Source: Octopus sinensis
Taxonomy: Eukaryota
Assembly: GCF_006345805.1 (NCBI RefSeq)
Contig: NC_042997.1
Coordinates: 74,214,001 to 74,278,000, forward strand
DNA: 64,000 bases
Direction of reading: 5' to 3'
The position numbers were made by a program, and so were the translations under genes. Below, piece by piece: positions 37,674 through 51,840 of the stretch (its first letter is position 1; each line of letters opens with the position of its first letter). The notes under the pieces were generated by a model. The model saw nothing but the letters and a program-made list of their open reading frames with translations, searched no databases and was not told the origin of the DNA.

Positions 37674-38499
37674 CTTAATGAATTGAGTTTTAACAAATGG
37701 TAAATATTTTTCTATATATTTGTTTTTGTTATTTCAGTATTAAAAATAAACTTAATTTGCATTTAGCCTTTTGTATAATTGAAATGTATGAGTTAGTAGA
37801 GTACCAGAGCCATGGTTAATTAGATTTATGGGTTACTGCAGAAATAGCCTAGTTTTCAGTTTCTATCCTGCCATGATCACTGGTTCATGTTCATAGCCAA
37901 TATATCAACTTCTCTGAGGTCCAGTTCTCTGAATTATTTACATAGGGTAAACAACATTAGGTCTATAAAACAGAGGAGTGATTGGATCTTCTGCTGAGTT
38001 TGAGTTATAACTGAATCACTAACTTTGCAACCATACTTTTAATTCAATTGCTACACAAAAATGGTTGAAAAAATCATAAAGTAGGTTATAGAGGTAGTGC
38101 TACAAAGCCAAGAAAGAAATGATAGTTCATTTTGCCATAGTTTTAAATTCATATCTTATTTAGGTCTCTTTTACTTCTTTCCTTAAGTAATTAGACTGTT
38201 GTCATACCAATGCAAGTGCTATAAACAAAATAAATTGTTTGCCAATTGATAAGCTAATGCTGACTGAATTTGAAAGAAAAAAAAAATGGGAGCAGTGATA
38301 TTCAAGCAATTACCAAAAGTTTTAGCAATGAGTAAAATGTGAACTGACCCAAACTAAGCACTGACATTAGATCAGGAACTAACTTTCTATTCAACGATAT
38401 AGAGCTTCAGAGTTTTAGTTGCATACTAGAGCTACACTGATAATACTTTATCACCCAAATCACATGAAAATGTTTTAACATATGGATTTCTGAACATAC

Positions 38500-38742
38500 C
38501 TTTTCTTCTTTACTAATTCCAGCACCTCCAGCAGTACCTGAATCCTGTGGTTGCATTTCAAAAACGGTTTTAAAAAGATTTTCCGATGTACTAGTGAGAA
38601 ATTCAATTTCAGCATTTGGATGCAATCCATAAAGGTAAGGACTTTCTGGAGGCAGCATTTCATCTATATATGCATGATAACCTTTGAAGTCAGAATTGGG
38701 TGGTATTGGAAAACCAGGAGCCAAAAATAATTCTGAGCTCAA
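38500..38742 (-). CDS. Axonemal dynein heavy chain exon C (81 codons)
   Basis: TAG|TTG...AAG|GTATGT, phase 0; [12 protein letters not shown]...[15 protein letters not shown]...KEEK. Confidence 0.95.
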
Positions 38743-40251
38743 CTAAAAACAAAAAATTGCATGTCCAGTATATCAGTTTTACTTTTTTAAAATATATTCT
38801 AAATGATGAAACAAAATCAAGACAATTATATTAAGATGTTCTAAAAAATGGATAGATGTTCAGTAATAAATCTTTTATGATGATGAAATTATGGGAAGAT
38901 CTCTAGGATTTTATTCTTCTCAAAAATATGAAAAGAGTATTCTGTATGATTTGCAGTGGGTTCTCATGACCTCGGCTATCCTTATATGAATATTGATTTA
39001 AGCTAATAAAACACACTTTTCATACATTTCTCATACACTATCTAAAATATTGTGGGTAAAGCAAATGAGTTGTATTTTGAATATAAATTGAAGCGGGTAG
39101 TTTGACCCTTTTTATCTAGGTCATTTAGGACAACACTTACTCATTTATACGAGCAATTATACCAGACAGTAAAACATAGACTCAGCAATAACATTCATGA
39201 AAAACACTTATTTTAAAAGTTAAATAACCAATATCTAAAGACTATATTTAGATATCGAATGCCTTTTCTGATAAGTGTCACGTCACAAAACTATAATGGT
39301 CCATAGGACCCCACAACACACTCCAAATTTAGTAACATGATGTTGAGAGCTTGATGTATATTTTCACATGCTAAGAATTCAACTCAGCACTGTAAGCCAT
39401 CAAAATATTGTGGAGTGTAGTGCTACCACCACTCAGTGGTGAACTATATCTGTCACAAGGATCAAAATTGATATAGTTACAATGCATTATATTTTTGAGA
39501 AAAACTTTTGAGTTCATGTTTGGTTGTTCTGTACCGCATCAATTCATCCCTGCACATTCTTGTAATTAGAATTCCTGGATGATTTATGCTCCTATTTCAT
39601 CATTATCAATGTACATTTCATATCTCAAACACATCTCAATGTGAGCAATTTAATAAAAAAAATCTATGATTAGCATGTTGTAGCACTGTAAGATAATGAG
39701 AATCTATTACAATGCATCCTTCTCAAAAATCTTGTAGGTCCTTCCTTTACAGGGTTACCAGGAGTTATTTATTCCTTAGATAATTATATTTTCATTATTA
39801 AATGGTCGGAGATGGGTGTATATTAAATATTGTTACGACCAGGCAAATTCTTGGGTATAAAAAGGGGTGAATTTCAGAACGCAACAACAAAATTGTAAAA
39901 TCAGTGAATTAACATTCAAGGATGAAATTATGTAACAAAAATGTATTTTATATAAGTCAATTACATGGATATATTTGATAATTTAGCGACCCAAGAATTT
40001 AAAGTCCAGTATTTGATTGTTCAAAGATATGTTGTAAATGGTCCGATCCGTATGCAGCTCTCTTCTAATCTTTTTTGTTTTTACTATCCACGCCAATCCT
40101 CATCACAAAACGGTTATCTCCCCTCAACCAAATTTTGAAGCTTCATTCAGAAAACATTCTAAGTTCTCTCCCTTCGTTGTATTTTCTCATTTGCATAGTA
40201 TGTCTAACATGTTTAGTTAGTTAATAAGGTTATGTGAGGCAAATATTTATG

Positions 40252-40299
<48 letters not shown>

Positions 40300-40300
<1 letters not shown>

Positions 40301-40732
40301 TATGTTTGACTTTTGCTTTAAATTTGTACAAGTTGGCTCCAAGTCTCACCCAGTGACCTCAAGAGACAACAGGTTGGAAGTTCATGTTGTTGTTATGCCT
40401 AGTGTGCCATATATTTTGGGGGGGGGGTGTTGTACTAGTGAATGTCTACAAAAAAAAAAATTAAAATAAAAAAAATTTTTTAATTTTTCATGGGGCAAAT
40501 CCAAGTTTTTTGCAAATTTCCCAGCGAATATATTGTGCAGCTCTATCATGCCTGTTGAGATACTCTGTAGACACTAGAAGACTGCACTTGGAGACAACAT
40601 GATCAATGGTTTCATTTTGTTGTTGACATACACGACATGTTGGGCTACTACCATTCTTTAATATGTTGGCCTGGTAGTTCTTTGTTGGTAGGCATTGATC
40701 TTGAGCTGCTATGATAAACCCTTCTGTTTCAG
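40300..40732 (-). mobile_element. 5'-truncated R4/Dong-type element inserted in a (TAA)n microsatellite
   Basis: Open minus frame ETEGFIIAAQDQCLPTKNYQANILKNGSSPTCRVCQQQNETIDHVVSKCSLLVSTEYLNRHDRAAQYIRWEIC (CCHC knuckle). (ATT)n arrays lie on both flanks (~40252-40299 and ~40733-40810). Confidence 0.85.
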
Positions 40733-40738
40733 ATTATG

Positions 40739-40791
<53 letters not shown>

Positions 40792-41687
40792 AATTATTAT
40801 TATTATTACTAAGATTATTATTGTTTATGACTACACTTACTGGTTAGAACATCCAAGTTTGGACCATGTGGTGATACAGATAATCAATTTAATCACATAC
40901 ATAAACAATAAAAATGGAACTTTGAGTTTGCCTTATGGCAAAGTCTAAGTTTCTTTTGGCTTTGCCTTATTGCTAAAAGAAATTATTCCTATTGTTTAAA
41001 TGATCAGTCAGACTATAAATAATTTCAGACTAAAGTAGGGACACAATATGAGTTAATGTCACAAAAACACTGATAATGAAAAACAGCTGCAATTAAGAAT
41101 CAGAACCAGGCTAAGGACTCTGCTTGTAAGGTGTTTATTTTCACTGTATGGTATTTTCCATTTACATAAATGACTGACCTCTATTTTTTGAAGCAGTATT
41201 AAAAAAGCACACACAATGGTGAGTTAAATATAGTGAGTTGGAAATTTTCATCTACTGAGATTATCAACCAAAACATCTTCACTATCTCTAAAAACATCAG
41301 GGAAGATAAAATTAACTGATCGAAACTTTTGGACAGTGTACATAAGGTGTATATTGATGCAAAGTAAGATGAAATAAAAACTTACATTTTGGGCTGTACT
41401 CCATTCCTTTTGGAGTATCCCATACAAAACAATATCTATTTTATTTAATTCATGTTAACAATAACACCCTCTAGCCTAATAATCTATTTACTATATGACA
41501 GCATTAACTTCTTTCAATAATCATTTTTACATCATTATTTCAAATATCAGCATTTTCTGATCTCTTATCCTTAATCTTAACTTCTTAGAGAACCCAGGAA
41601 AGATAACATAAACCCTCTTATTGCGTTAGTATCAAAACAAACAAAACCATGCACTATAAAATATCAAGCTCATACCATACTACATAC

Positions 41688-41999
41688 CATATCAGGATGC
41701 ATGTATACTTCCAAATATGTTCTACATAGTCTTCGGTCCCAGTCATCTGTAATGTGGCCACCATACATAATCTCTCCAAAAAGATAACGAAGATCTTCCC
41801 AGGGGACTTTATTGTTGGCCTCAAGATAGTTATAAAGCACATTGACACTGATTGTCAGGTCACCAACATTAAATGGATAAGATCTGTTCCAGCCTTGTGG
41901 TCCAAACTTCCTTCTTTCTTGAACAACAGCATGAAAGTAACAGAGGACGAAGAGAATGCTTTTAAATTCAGTTTCCCGGGCACACATTTCAAGGGTCTC
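41688..41999 (-). CDS. Axonemal dynein heavy chain exon B (104 codons)
   Basis: CAG|GAG...ATG|GTATGT, phase 0; [40 protein letters not shown]. Confidence 0.96.
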
Positions 42000-42092
42000 C
42001 TGTAGAATACACAACACATGAAACCAATTTGAATACATACTAAATATTTCATTATTTCATGATATATTTCAAGGACCTGTACCAGCATACAA

Positions 42093-42162
<70 letters not shown>

Positions 42163-42474
42163 ACAAAACAGAAACATGATATAGTTATGAAGTACATGTA
42201 CAAATATATGGCAAAATATACAATATATATTTTATCTTTATGGGTTTCAGAGACTATGGCCGCCTTGAAGGATTTTAGTTGAACTAATTAACCCCAGAAC
42301 ATATTTTGAACCTGGCTACACTCCTCTCCATTGGGCTACAGGGATGGAGGAATAGAAAGATTGAATGGAAGTCTTATTAAAGAATGAAAATAGAATATAT
42401 ATGTGTGTATGTGTGTGTGTTATATATAATGTCAAGTATTGGTAGGGGACAAACATAGATATATGTATGCATGC

Positions 42475-42518
<44 letters not shown>

Positions 42519-44949
42519 CGGGAAGCTTTATGAAAATAAACAAAAGACAAAGGCAGGTTTACGGAAATAAACAAAAGACGAAGGCAGGTGGAATACAAAC
42601 AAACAATTGTATTAGTATGGCGCTCAGGAATATAAATAAAACAAGAGAGTGGGATTGGATTTGAGCAAATCTTTTCCCAAAATAAAAATCTTTATGCACA
42701 AGCAATGCTTGAAAAAAATAAGGAAGACCTATCACAAAAATGGCTGGTTGTAGCATTCGCATGTGTGGGAATTTTGATCGAGTGATAGCAATACTCGAAC
42801 ACAAGTTTCTAGCCATCATAGATGCATACATAGTTCAAATTTACAGAAACCAAAAGATGAAGACAGGTGAAGGAACAAGAAGGTGTATTAGTTCGATGCA
42901 TATCTCTATATATAAAACTGAAATGCGTTTTTACCGCTTGGCTCGCTTTCAATGCCACTACCTCCCGTCCAATTCGCTCCAAAATTTACAGGGACATGTA
43001 GAATGAGGTGACGATGCCCGTGGGCTACCTTAGAAATCCCTATCTTAAAAGGTTTGGTTGCTAGGGGCCATCTTCCTCACTCACGCTATTTCCTCCATTC
43101 CCCCCTAACTCCCCTCATTTATAACTTTGACAATTCCACTCCCGTTATTTAATGTAAAGTTTGTCAGACGGCGTTCTTTGATGTATCTGTCTGCATTCGT
43201 AGGGAGAATTATCATCGCCACACGCCACCACCAACACACAATCATGAGAACAAATATTATGAATCAGATATTCATTGCGTTCATTTATATATGTGTGTGT
43301 GTGTGTGTGTGTGTTCGATATATAAATATGTATATATAATGTATATATACAAAGTGTATATATCTGTATTTATTCTGTGTAATTAAACTTTTATTCTGTG
43401 TATATTAAACTTTTTAATACTTTTTGATAGTTATATATATTTTTAAACAAATTATAAATATAATAATTTTTATTTTAAATTTAAATAATTAAAATTTTTC
43501 AATTTTATATATTTTCTATATTATATTTTTAAAATTTACAGGGACATGTAAAATGAGGTGACGATACCCGTGGGCTACCTTAGAAATATACATGTGTATA
43601 CATTACACATGTATATATATATGTATACACATGTATATATACACATGTATAAATATATATGTATACACATGTATATATACATATGTATATATATATATAT
43701 ACATGTATAGACACATCTTTAATTAAACTATTGACCGCCTTAAAACGGATTTCAACAGACAAATATTACTATAATGGGGAATTAAATGTATTTATTTATA
43801 AACTTTAAACTGAACTTCAATTGTTTTATAAACCTAACAGCGTGGTGGTACGTAAATAAACGGCATAAATTAATGAAGGTATAAACCTGACGTAAATACA
43901 CGAAATTCACGTACTTTCACTTCTGACAGCAAACAGCATGACAGTCTGGGTCAACAGTTCATTTCCTCGGAGGATATGGAAATTCCTATTACCCGTCAGA
44001 GAAATAACTACAGCAGCTCACAACTATTTCAACAAGGACAAGGTTACCTGCTTACCAGTCGAATTCAGCATCAACGCTCATGTATGAGAGAGACTCCAAC
44101 ACACACACACATATATACATATATATATATATAAAATGTGTGCATTATGTGGTCGGTCGGTTCAGCTGAAAATATGCACACCTATGTTAAAAGTGCTGGC
44201 AAGTTTGCATGACAACTATTTTTTTCCTCAAATGAAACGCGTGACCTCTAGGACAAAATTCCTCATCTTATAAAATGTGGCCCCAGTAGACCCGAATGAA
44301 ATCGGGTTATATTAACCAAAATGTGAAAAGGGGTCTAAATGGGGCTGGAAGGGGATTAAAATTTAAATGAGCGAGTGTTTAGGAATTCTCTGTTACATCA
44401 AGCTAAAAAATTTGCGCCAGCCTTTTAATCGTCAATGTGTTGCTGTCCATGATGAAGAAGTTTTGAATGCTTGCTATGGTGAGTCTACTGTCGTGAGAAA
44501 GAATCACTTCAAAACTTGGTGTTTACGAATTTTCTTTTACATCAAGTTCAAAATTTTACGCCAGCCGTTAAACTGTCAATACGTTGCTGTCCGTCGTTAA
44601 GAAATGCTAGCCATGGTGACTGTACTCTCCTCAGATTCTATCCCTTCAAACTTTGGTTTCCAAAATTTTATTATTTTTATTCAGCTCGCAAGTTCATCTG
44701 TCCCTTTTAAATGTTAGCGTTTTGCTATCTGCCTTGAAGCAGACCTTTCCGTTGCCACTGCCTGATATTTATGATTGATCTTTCTAAATATTTTATTTCT
44801 CAACTTACTCAAGATCTTTTGTTGTTTATAAATGGGAGAGAGATAGATAAAGATAGAGAGTAAGAGAAAGCGAGGGAGAGTCCGAGAGAAAGAAAAGTAA
44901 GAGAGAGGGAAAGTGAGAGAGAAAGGAGAGAGAAACAAAGAGGGAGAAT

Positions 44950-45240
44950 CATCATCATCATCATCGTTTAACGTCCGTTTTCCATGCTAGCACGGGTTGG
45001 ACAGTTTGACCGGGGTCTGGGAAGCCAGGAGGCTGCACCAGGCTCCAGTCTGATCTGGCAGTGTTTCTACAGGTGGATGACCTTCCTAACGCCAACCACT
45101 CTGTGAGTGTAGTGGGTGCTTTTTTCGTGCCGCCAGCACAGGTGCCAGCGGGCTGGCAGTGGCAACGATCGGTTGGTGCTTTTTACGTGCCACCAGCACA
45201 GAAGCCAGTCAAGGTGGCGCTGCAATCGGTCACGTTTTTT
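44950..45240 (-). mobile_element. RTE 3' UTR-derived repeat fragment
   Basis: catcatcatcgtttaacgtccgttttccatgctagc... is the reverse complement of the RTE tail at ~23800-23858. Confidence 0.75.
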
Positions 45241-45351
45241 ATTTTACGTGCTGAAAGGAAGCAACAGAAAGTAACAACCACATTCCTACCTGCGCGTAGA
45301 GCGGGTCACCTTCAGCTAGTATAATATAATAATATATATATAATATATATT

Positions 45352-45426
<75 letters not shown>

Positions 45427-45659
45427 TAATAATAATAATAGGGAGTATAACTCTAAACTTGCAGGGGAAAATTCAATTGAGTATTAAATCAAATTTCACA
45501 ATATAAATATATAATATATATAAATTAGAGAAAAACCACTATTATGTAATTCAAACAATGATAGACATAAACCAAATCATAAAAAAAAATAAAATATATT
45601 ATAAAATATATAACTAGATCACAAAAAGTACAAAAAATGAATAAACAAATATATATATA

Positions 45660-46533
45660 TATACTTCTTTTATTTTTCAAAATTAAGATAAACAGTGTTC
45701 TTTTTAATCTAACATATACTCTCCTTCATTTTCTACAATACTCTTCCATCTATCTGGTAGACTTGCAAGGCCCCTCTTCCAAAATTCACTTGCACATGTC
45801 GATAAATATTCCTCCAGTACTGTTCTGACTTAGTCTACGGAATTCATATTTTTTTCTATCCAAATGATTTTGAAGACTGCAGAATAATCAGATGGGGAAA
45901 TGTCTGGTGAATATTACGGGTTGGGCATCGTTTTCCATTCAAACTCTCCAGCCTTTGGGATGTCATACACACTGTATGTGGTCGAACATAAGATTCAGAA
46001 AGTGTGAGAGAAACCCATTGACCCAATTCACTGATTTTTCTGATGGCACGCAGGTGTTGATAAATGGTTGAATGACCAAATCCAAGCTTCTCTGCCACTT
46101 CCTCAACAGTTACAATGGAATTTTGTTCCACCAGGATTTGCTGGACGTCCTCATCAAGCTCTACAGATGTTCCAGGATGAGGCTCATCTTCTAGGCTGTA
46201 GTTTCTGGCTCAGTATTTCTGGAACCACTGCTGACACTGCCTTAAGCTTCTTGTCTGATCCCCATATATTGCATTAATATTCCTTGCACTTTCTGTAATG
46301 TTGTTACCTGTAGTGAACTCATATAGCAAAATATGCCAAATATGCTCTTTTGTCACTTCCATTATAACTTTGAAAAAATAACTGTTGAAATTGAAATTTG
46401 CATTAAGAATAAGTACAAGTTAAAATTGCTACCTGCTTTTGTAGCAAATTGACGCAGGTAGTTTGTCTTGTACCCTTCCAAATTTTAGTTCGTACAATTG
46501 AAAAAACTGCATTATTTATGGGATGACCCAATA
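45660..46533 (-). mobile_element. Mariner remnant (N-terminal HTH region, one TIR)
   Basis: TVEEVAEKLGFGHSTIYQHLRAIRKISELGQWV; TIR-like tattgggtcatcccataaataatgc on the minus strand at ~46509-46533. Confidence 0.7.
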
Positions 46534-46789
46534 TATATGTATATACATACACACATGCATGAATGTATATTTGTTGATGAACATTTTCTATGGCTGGATG
46601 TCCTTGTCATGAACCCTAACCTGTAATATTTTCCTGTGGCTGGACTTGACATGTTTTCATGAAAGATGGGAAACAAAGGACATTACCTGTGTGATGGAGA
46701 CACTTGCTTACAATAATCACACAATATCAAGACAAGGAGACACTCATGGTGATTCCTCCATTTTCACAAATAATTGCTGTCTCTCAGTG

Positions 46790-47400
46790 TTTCCTCACTG
46801 TCAATGACATTTCTGACTTTCTGTCATTGACCTCTCAGATGACTATTCAGTCCTGCTGCAGATCTGCATGATTTGAAGCATAGGTGAAAAGTGAAAGTTG
46901 TAACTTCCACTGGATTGACTGGATCACTTTCTGGGATATGATCTTTGTGTACTGCCATATGTCTTTTTAGATCTGGAATTGACTTGCAAACTTTTTCACA
47001 TATTACACTGTTTGACTCATCTGGTTTGGAAGGAAGGACATTGCATACGATTGGTCTTTCATGGGGCTTCAAATGGTTAACACATCCAACCTCTATTGTT
47101 TTATGTTCTCATTGAAGTTCTGAAGACAGCTGTTCAGAAGCCAATGATTAAGCTATTTATGCTCAAAGCAAATTTCACAACCTTCCCTTATATGTTTCCT
47201 ACACTCAACTCTTTCCAAAGCTAGCTCTTCCCAGTTCTTTACATTGATTTGCAGTTCCTTCAGTCTTTGTATATTTTTCTTAGTTTATGTTGAGGACACT
47301 TTTCAATATGCAGCTTACCACTGAACAGCTATTTGGAATCCTTTTATCTTCAATACATACAACATGGTCTGCCCAATGCATCTGAGTTTCTAACTACCAA
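46790..47400 (-). mobile_element. RTE-BovB-like LINE C-terminal remnant with C2H2 fingers
   Basis: QMHWADHVVCIEDKRIP..., NWEELALER, then CEKVCKSIPDLKRHMAVH and a decayed finger FHLCFKSCRSAAGLNSHLR. Confidence 0.7.
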
Positions 47401-47749
47401 ATTCACTTAGAAGGCTTTGGTTGGCCAGGGTTATAGTAGGAGACACTTGCCCACAGTACATGCAGTGGGGATGAACCTAGAACCAAGTGGCTTGGAAGCA
47501 AGTTTCTTAACTATACAGCAATACCTGTAACTGAAGCAAATGGACTGCAACTAGAAATTGAACCCTAATTAGTTTCAACATATTGGAAGCTTATCTCCTC
47601 TTGCTCTACAACACATGCGAAAACTAAAAATCATACAAGCATCTCTTGGGTTTGATTTTTTATTTTTGACTTTTGATCTTGCAAGGAAAGGAAAAAGCAC
47701 AAAATAAAAATAAAATAAAACAAAATAGCAGCAAAATTCTCAATGATAC

Positions 47750-47977
47750 CTGAGTAAAGTTGTTGAGAGCTTTATGGAGGTTGGCTTGCATTCCTGAGGG
47801 TGGCTCATTAATAATTTTGATAGCAGATTCCAGTATGCCATGTGGAATAATGTGAGATTCAGCAGATGCTGCAGGCTCAGCACTGATAAACACCCGGTAG
47901 TTATCATGACTGACAAGACTGTACTGTTCCAGTTTTTTTTCCAACTGTGACAGCCATTTAGCAACCAAGTGAACATT
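47750..47977 (-). CDS. Axonemal dynein heavy chain exon A (76 codons, AAA6 region)
   Basis: CAG|AAT...CAG|GTATC, phase 0; [17 protein letters not shown]...RVFISAEP...[15 protein letters not shown]. Confidence 0.96.
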
Positions 47978-48186
47978 CTGGAAAGAAAAAAATTATTCAT
48001 TCATAAAATAGATATTGGATATATGAAATAGAATATCATTTTGAATATTTAATCTTCATGATAAAATCAATACATTAACAGACAACCAAAAGTAAGGTCA
48101 ACAGTTTGAATCTGTTACTGATACTGCATCCACAGTTGAACTATAGCTAAACAAGTAAAGTAACAAATAAATTCTCTTAGAAATAC

Positions 48187-51100
48187 ATCATCATCATTGT
48201 TTAACGTCCGTTTTTCCATGCTAGCATGGGTTGGACGGTTCAACTGGGGTCTGGGAAGCCAGAAGGCTGCGCCAGGCCCAGTCTGATCTGGCAGTGTTTC
48301 CTAACGCCAACCACTCCGTGAGTGTAGTGGGTGTTTTTTACGTGCCACCTGCACAGGTGCCAGACGAGGCTGGCAAACGGCCACGATCGGATGGTGCTTT
48401 TTATGTGCCACTGGCAAGGGGGCCAGACGAGCTGGCAATGGCCACAATCGGATGGTGCTTTTTACGTGCCACCGGCATGGAGGCCAGTCGGGGCGGCACT
48501 GGCAATGGCCACGTTCGGATGGTTCCTTTACGTGCCACCAGCACTGGTATCACAGTTACAATTTCCATTGATGTTGATCGATTTCGATTTTGATTTTCAC
48601 TTGCCTCAACAGGTCTTCACAAGTAGGAAAGGTATGCATAAGTGGGCTGGCTACATCCCAGGTAGACACCATGGGTTATGGTCTCACTTGTCCTGCCAGG
48701 TCTTCCCATGCACAGCATACTTCCAAAGGTCTCGGTCTCTGGTCATTTCCTCGGTGAAACCTAAAGTTCGAAGGTTGTGCTTCACCACCTAATCCCAGGT
48801 TTTCCTGGGTCTACCTCTTCCACAGATTCCACCAACCACTAGGGTGTGGCACTTTTTCACACAACTATCTTCATCCATTCTCGCTACATGACCATACCAG
48901 CGCAAACGTCTCTCTTGCACACCACAACTGATGCTTCTTAGGTCCAACTTTTCTCTCAGGGTACTTACACTCTGTTGAGTATGAACACTGACATTACACA
49001 TCCAGCGGAGCATACTGGCTTCATTTCTTGCGAGCTTACGCATATCCTCAGCAGTCACGGCCCATGTTTCACTGCCATGTAGCATGGCTGTTCATACACA
49101 TGCGTTATACAGTCTGCCTTTTACTCTGAGCAAGAGGCCTTTTGTCACCAGCAGAGGTAAGAGCTCTCTGAACTTTGCCCAAGCTATTCTTATTATAGTA
49201 GTTACACTTTCAGCACACCCACCCCTGCCACTGACTTGGTCACCTAGGTAACGGAAGCTAACAACAATTTCTAGTTTTTCTCCCTGGAATGTGGCAGAAG
49301 TTGGTCTCTGAGCATTTTCAGTGTTTATTGCTCCTGAGCATCTGCCACATACAAAAACAATCTTCTCAGTTAGCCTTCCTATGACATTGCTGCACCTCTT
49401 ATGTGTCCATAGCTTACACTTGGTGCATCTTGTAGAGTTTCTACCTACACCTTTTCTACAGATCGAGCAGGGCCATCTACCTGAAGGCGTTTGTGATTTG
49501 CATGCCTTCCTACATATTAAGACTTTGGTTTTAGCTAGGTTGATGTTAAAGCCCTTTGATTCTAATCCTTGCCTCCACACTTGAAACTTTGTCTCTAGTT
49601 CTGATAGTGACTCAGCAATTAGATCGAGGTCATCAGCATATAAGGAGCTCCCAGGGGCATCCTGTCTTGAATTCCTCTGTTATTGCCTGAAGGACTATGA
49701 TAAATAGGAGGGGGCTGAGGACTGAACCTTGGTGGACCCCTACCTTTACACGGAATTCTTTAGTGTACTCGTTGCCAACCCTCACCTTACTTACAGCGTC
49801 TCTGTACATGGCTTGCACAGCTCTCATTAACCATTCATCTATCCCTAGTTTCCTCATTGACCACCAGATAAGGGATTTGGGACCCTGTCAAAGGCTTTCT
49901 CCATGTCTATGAAAGCCAGGTACAGAGGTTTATCTTTGGCTAGGTATTTCTCCTGCAGCTGTCTTACCAGAAATATAGCATCAGTGGTGCTTTTCTCTGG
50001 CATGAACCGAAACTGCGTCTCATCTAGACTGACTCTCTCCCTAATTAGTTGGGCTATGACCCTCTCTATGACCCTCATTACCTGATCCGACAACTTGATA
50101 CCTCTGTAATTATTTGTATCTAAAGCGTCACCTTTAGCTTTGTAGCAGTTGACTATTATGCTGCTACACCAGTCATTAGGTATGACTCCTTCGTGTATCA
50201 CCTGGTTAACTATATGGGTGACTAGGCTATGGCCGACACTACCAGATATTTTAAGCATCTTTGCAGTAATTCCTGATGGGGCTTTCCCTGTCATCCTGCT
50301 TCTAATTGCTTTAACTACTAAGGAACTGTCAACTCGGATAGCTGGTCCCTCTGTTGGGTCGACATTTGGCAGACTCTCTTTATCCCATTCATTTTCCTTA
50401 TTTAGCAGCCTCTCATAATGGTGTCTCCAAACCTCTCTCTTTGCATCCTCATTCAGCGCAAGTGAGCCATCATCCATGCGAACACATTTCTCTCCTACCA
50501 CATCACGATTCTCTCTCACACACTGTCTTGCAACACGGAATACCTCAAGTCTTTGGTCCTCATGGCGCAGAACATTGGCAAATTTTTTCTTATCTGCTTC
50601 CCTTCTGGCTAAATAAACCTTCTCCTAGCTTCACTTTTGGTAGTCCGATACAATTCCCTGCTACCACCATTTTTCCTGTCCTTCCAAGCCTGTGTCTTAT
50701 CTCTAATAGCCCTGTCTACAACATTGTTCCACCACTACCATGTTATTTTGGGTCGAGAGGGGACTTTGCACCAGCCACAGATCTAGTCAGTGGCTCTCAG
50801 CAGGTTGTCCCTTAGAAACCTCCAGTTGTCTTCTACCCCATGTGAAGCTCTATCCCCTTCTACTTCGTCAAAGGCTTCAAGTAATATGTCCCTAAATCTC
50901 TGTCCATTCACAGGATCTTTAAGCTTCCATATCCTTCTTCTCCATGTTGGTCGTCTTCTGGTCATCCTCTTAGTCCTGATCCTAAAGTCACTAACTACCA
51001 GTCTATGTTGTGGGGTACGTTCTTCACCTGGGAAGGTTTTGGCATTTATAAGCAGCCATCTTTCCCTTTTCCTGGCAAGGATGTAGTCAATTTGGTTGGT

Positions 51101-51840
51101 ATGTCAGCCCGATCGGTAGGTGACTAGGTGGCCGGTAGGTTTCCTGAAGTTAGTGTTGCAAACCATAAGATCATTTGCATTGCAGAACTCCAGCAACCTG
51201 GTTCCCTCTTCATTGCGAGAACCATAACCATAGCCTCCATGTATACCATGGAAGCCCCCAGCATGTCGTCCAACATGACCATTGAAGTCACCAGCCACAA
51301 AGAGAAGGTCTCTGTTGTTCGTCAACGAGGTCGTCTGCAGTAGGGTGTCATAGAATCGGTCTTTCTGTCCATTGGGCTGAGGGGCATAGGCCGATATAAT
51401 GGTTGCTAATCCATGATGAAGCACTAATCTAATCTTAAGTATTCTGTCACTTACTCTAATTACCTCTATTACCTTATCTACCCATTTTTCAGCGAGAAGT
51501 ATACCCACGCCCCCAACCCCGTCAGTGTTCCCTGCCCAGAAAGTCTTGTACCTGTGTTCTTTGCCTGTGAGGAACCTAGCAGAACCTCCTCTCCACCTTA
51601 CTTCTTGGATGCAGCACAAATCAACACATCTACGTTCAAGCATTTCAACAATCTCATCAGACCTACCTTTCAGTGTGCCGACGTTGAGAGTGCCAACTCT
51701 GAGGGTGTGGGAGGTATGGGCCCTAGAGACCCTGGGGCGGGGGACAGTGGTGTAATGTACCTGAAAAGAGAGCTTGCATTTGGCAGAATTCATAAGCAAA
51801 CAATGATCTTAATAAGTTCAATCTGCTTACACTAAACTAT
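48187..51840 (-). mobile_element. Near full-length RTE-clade LINE (APE + RT + PHD finger), frameshifted
   Basis: APE: VGTLNVGTL, CCIQEVRW, GDFNGHVG. RT: NYRGIK, DMEKAFDRVP, HQGSVLSPLLF. PHD: CSIC...CTKC...HKRC...CGRC. (CAT)n tail at ~48187. Confidence 0.92.

Noticed and set aside
39830-40210. Possible solo LTR (TGT...ACA)
   Set aside because: No matching 4-6-bp TSD and no second copy.
46824-47072. Possible host C2H2 zinc-finger gene
   Set aside because: It lies directly downstream of RTE-BovB-like C-terminal motifs in the same orientation, and the second finger has lost a Cys. It is better explained as a LINE remnant.
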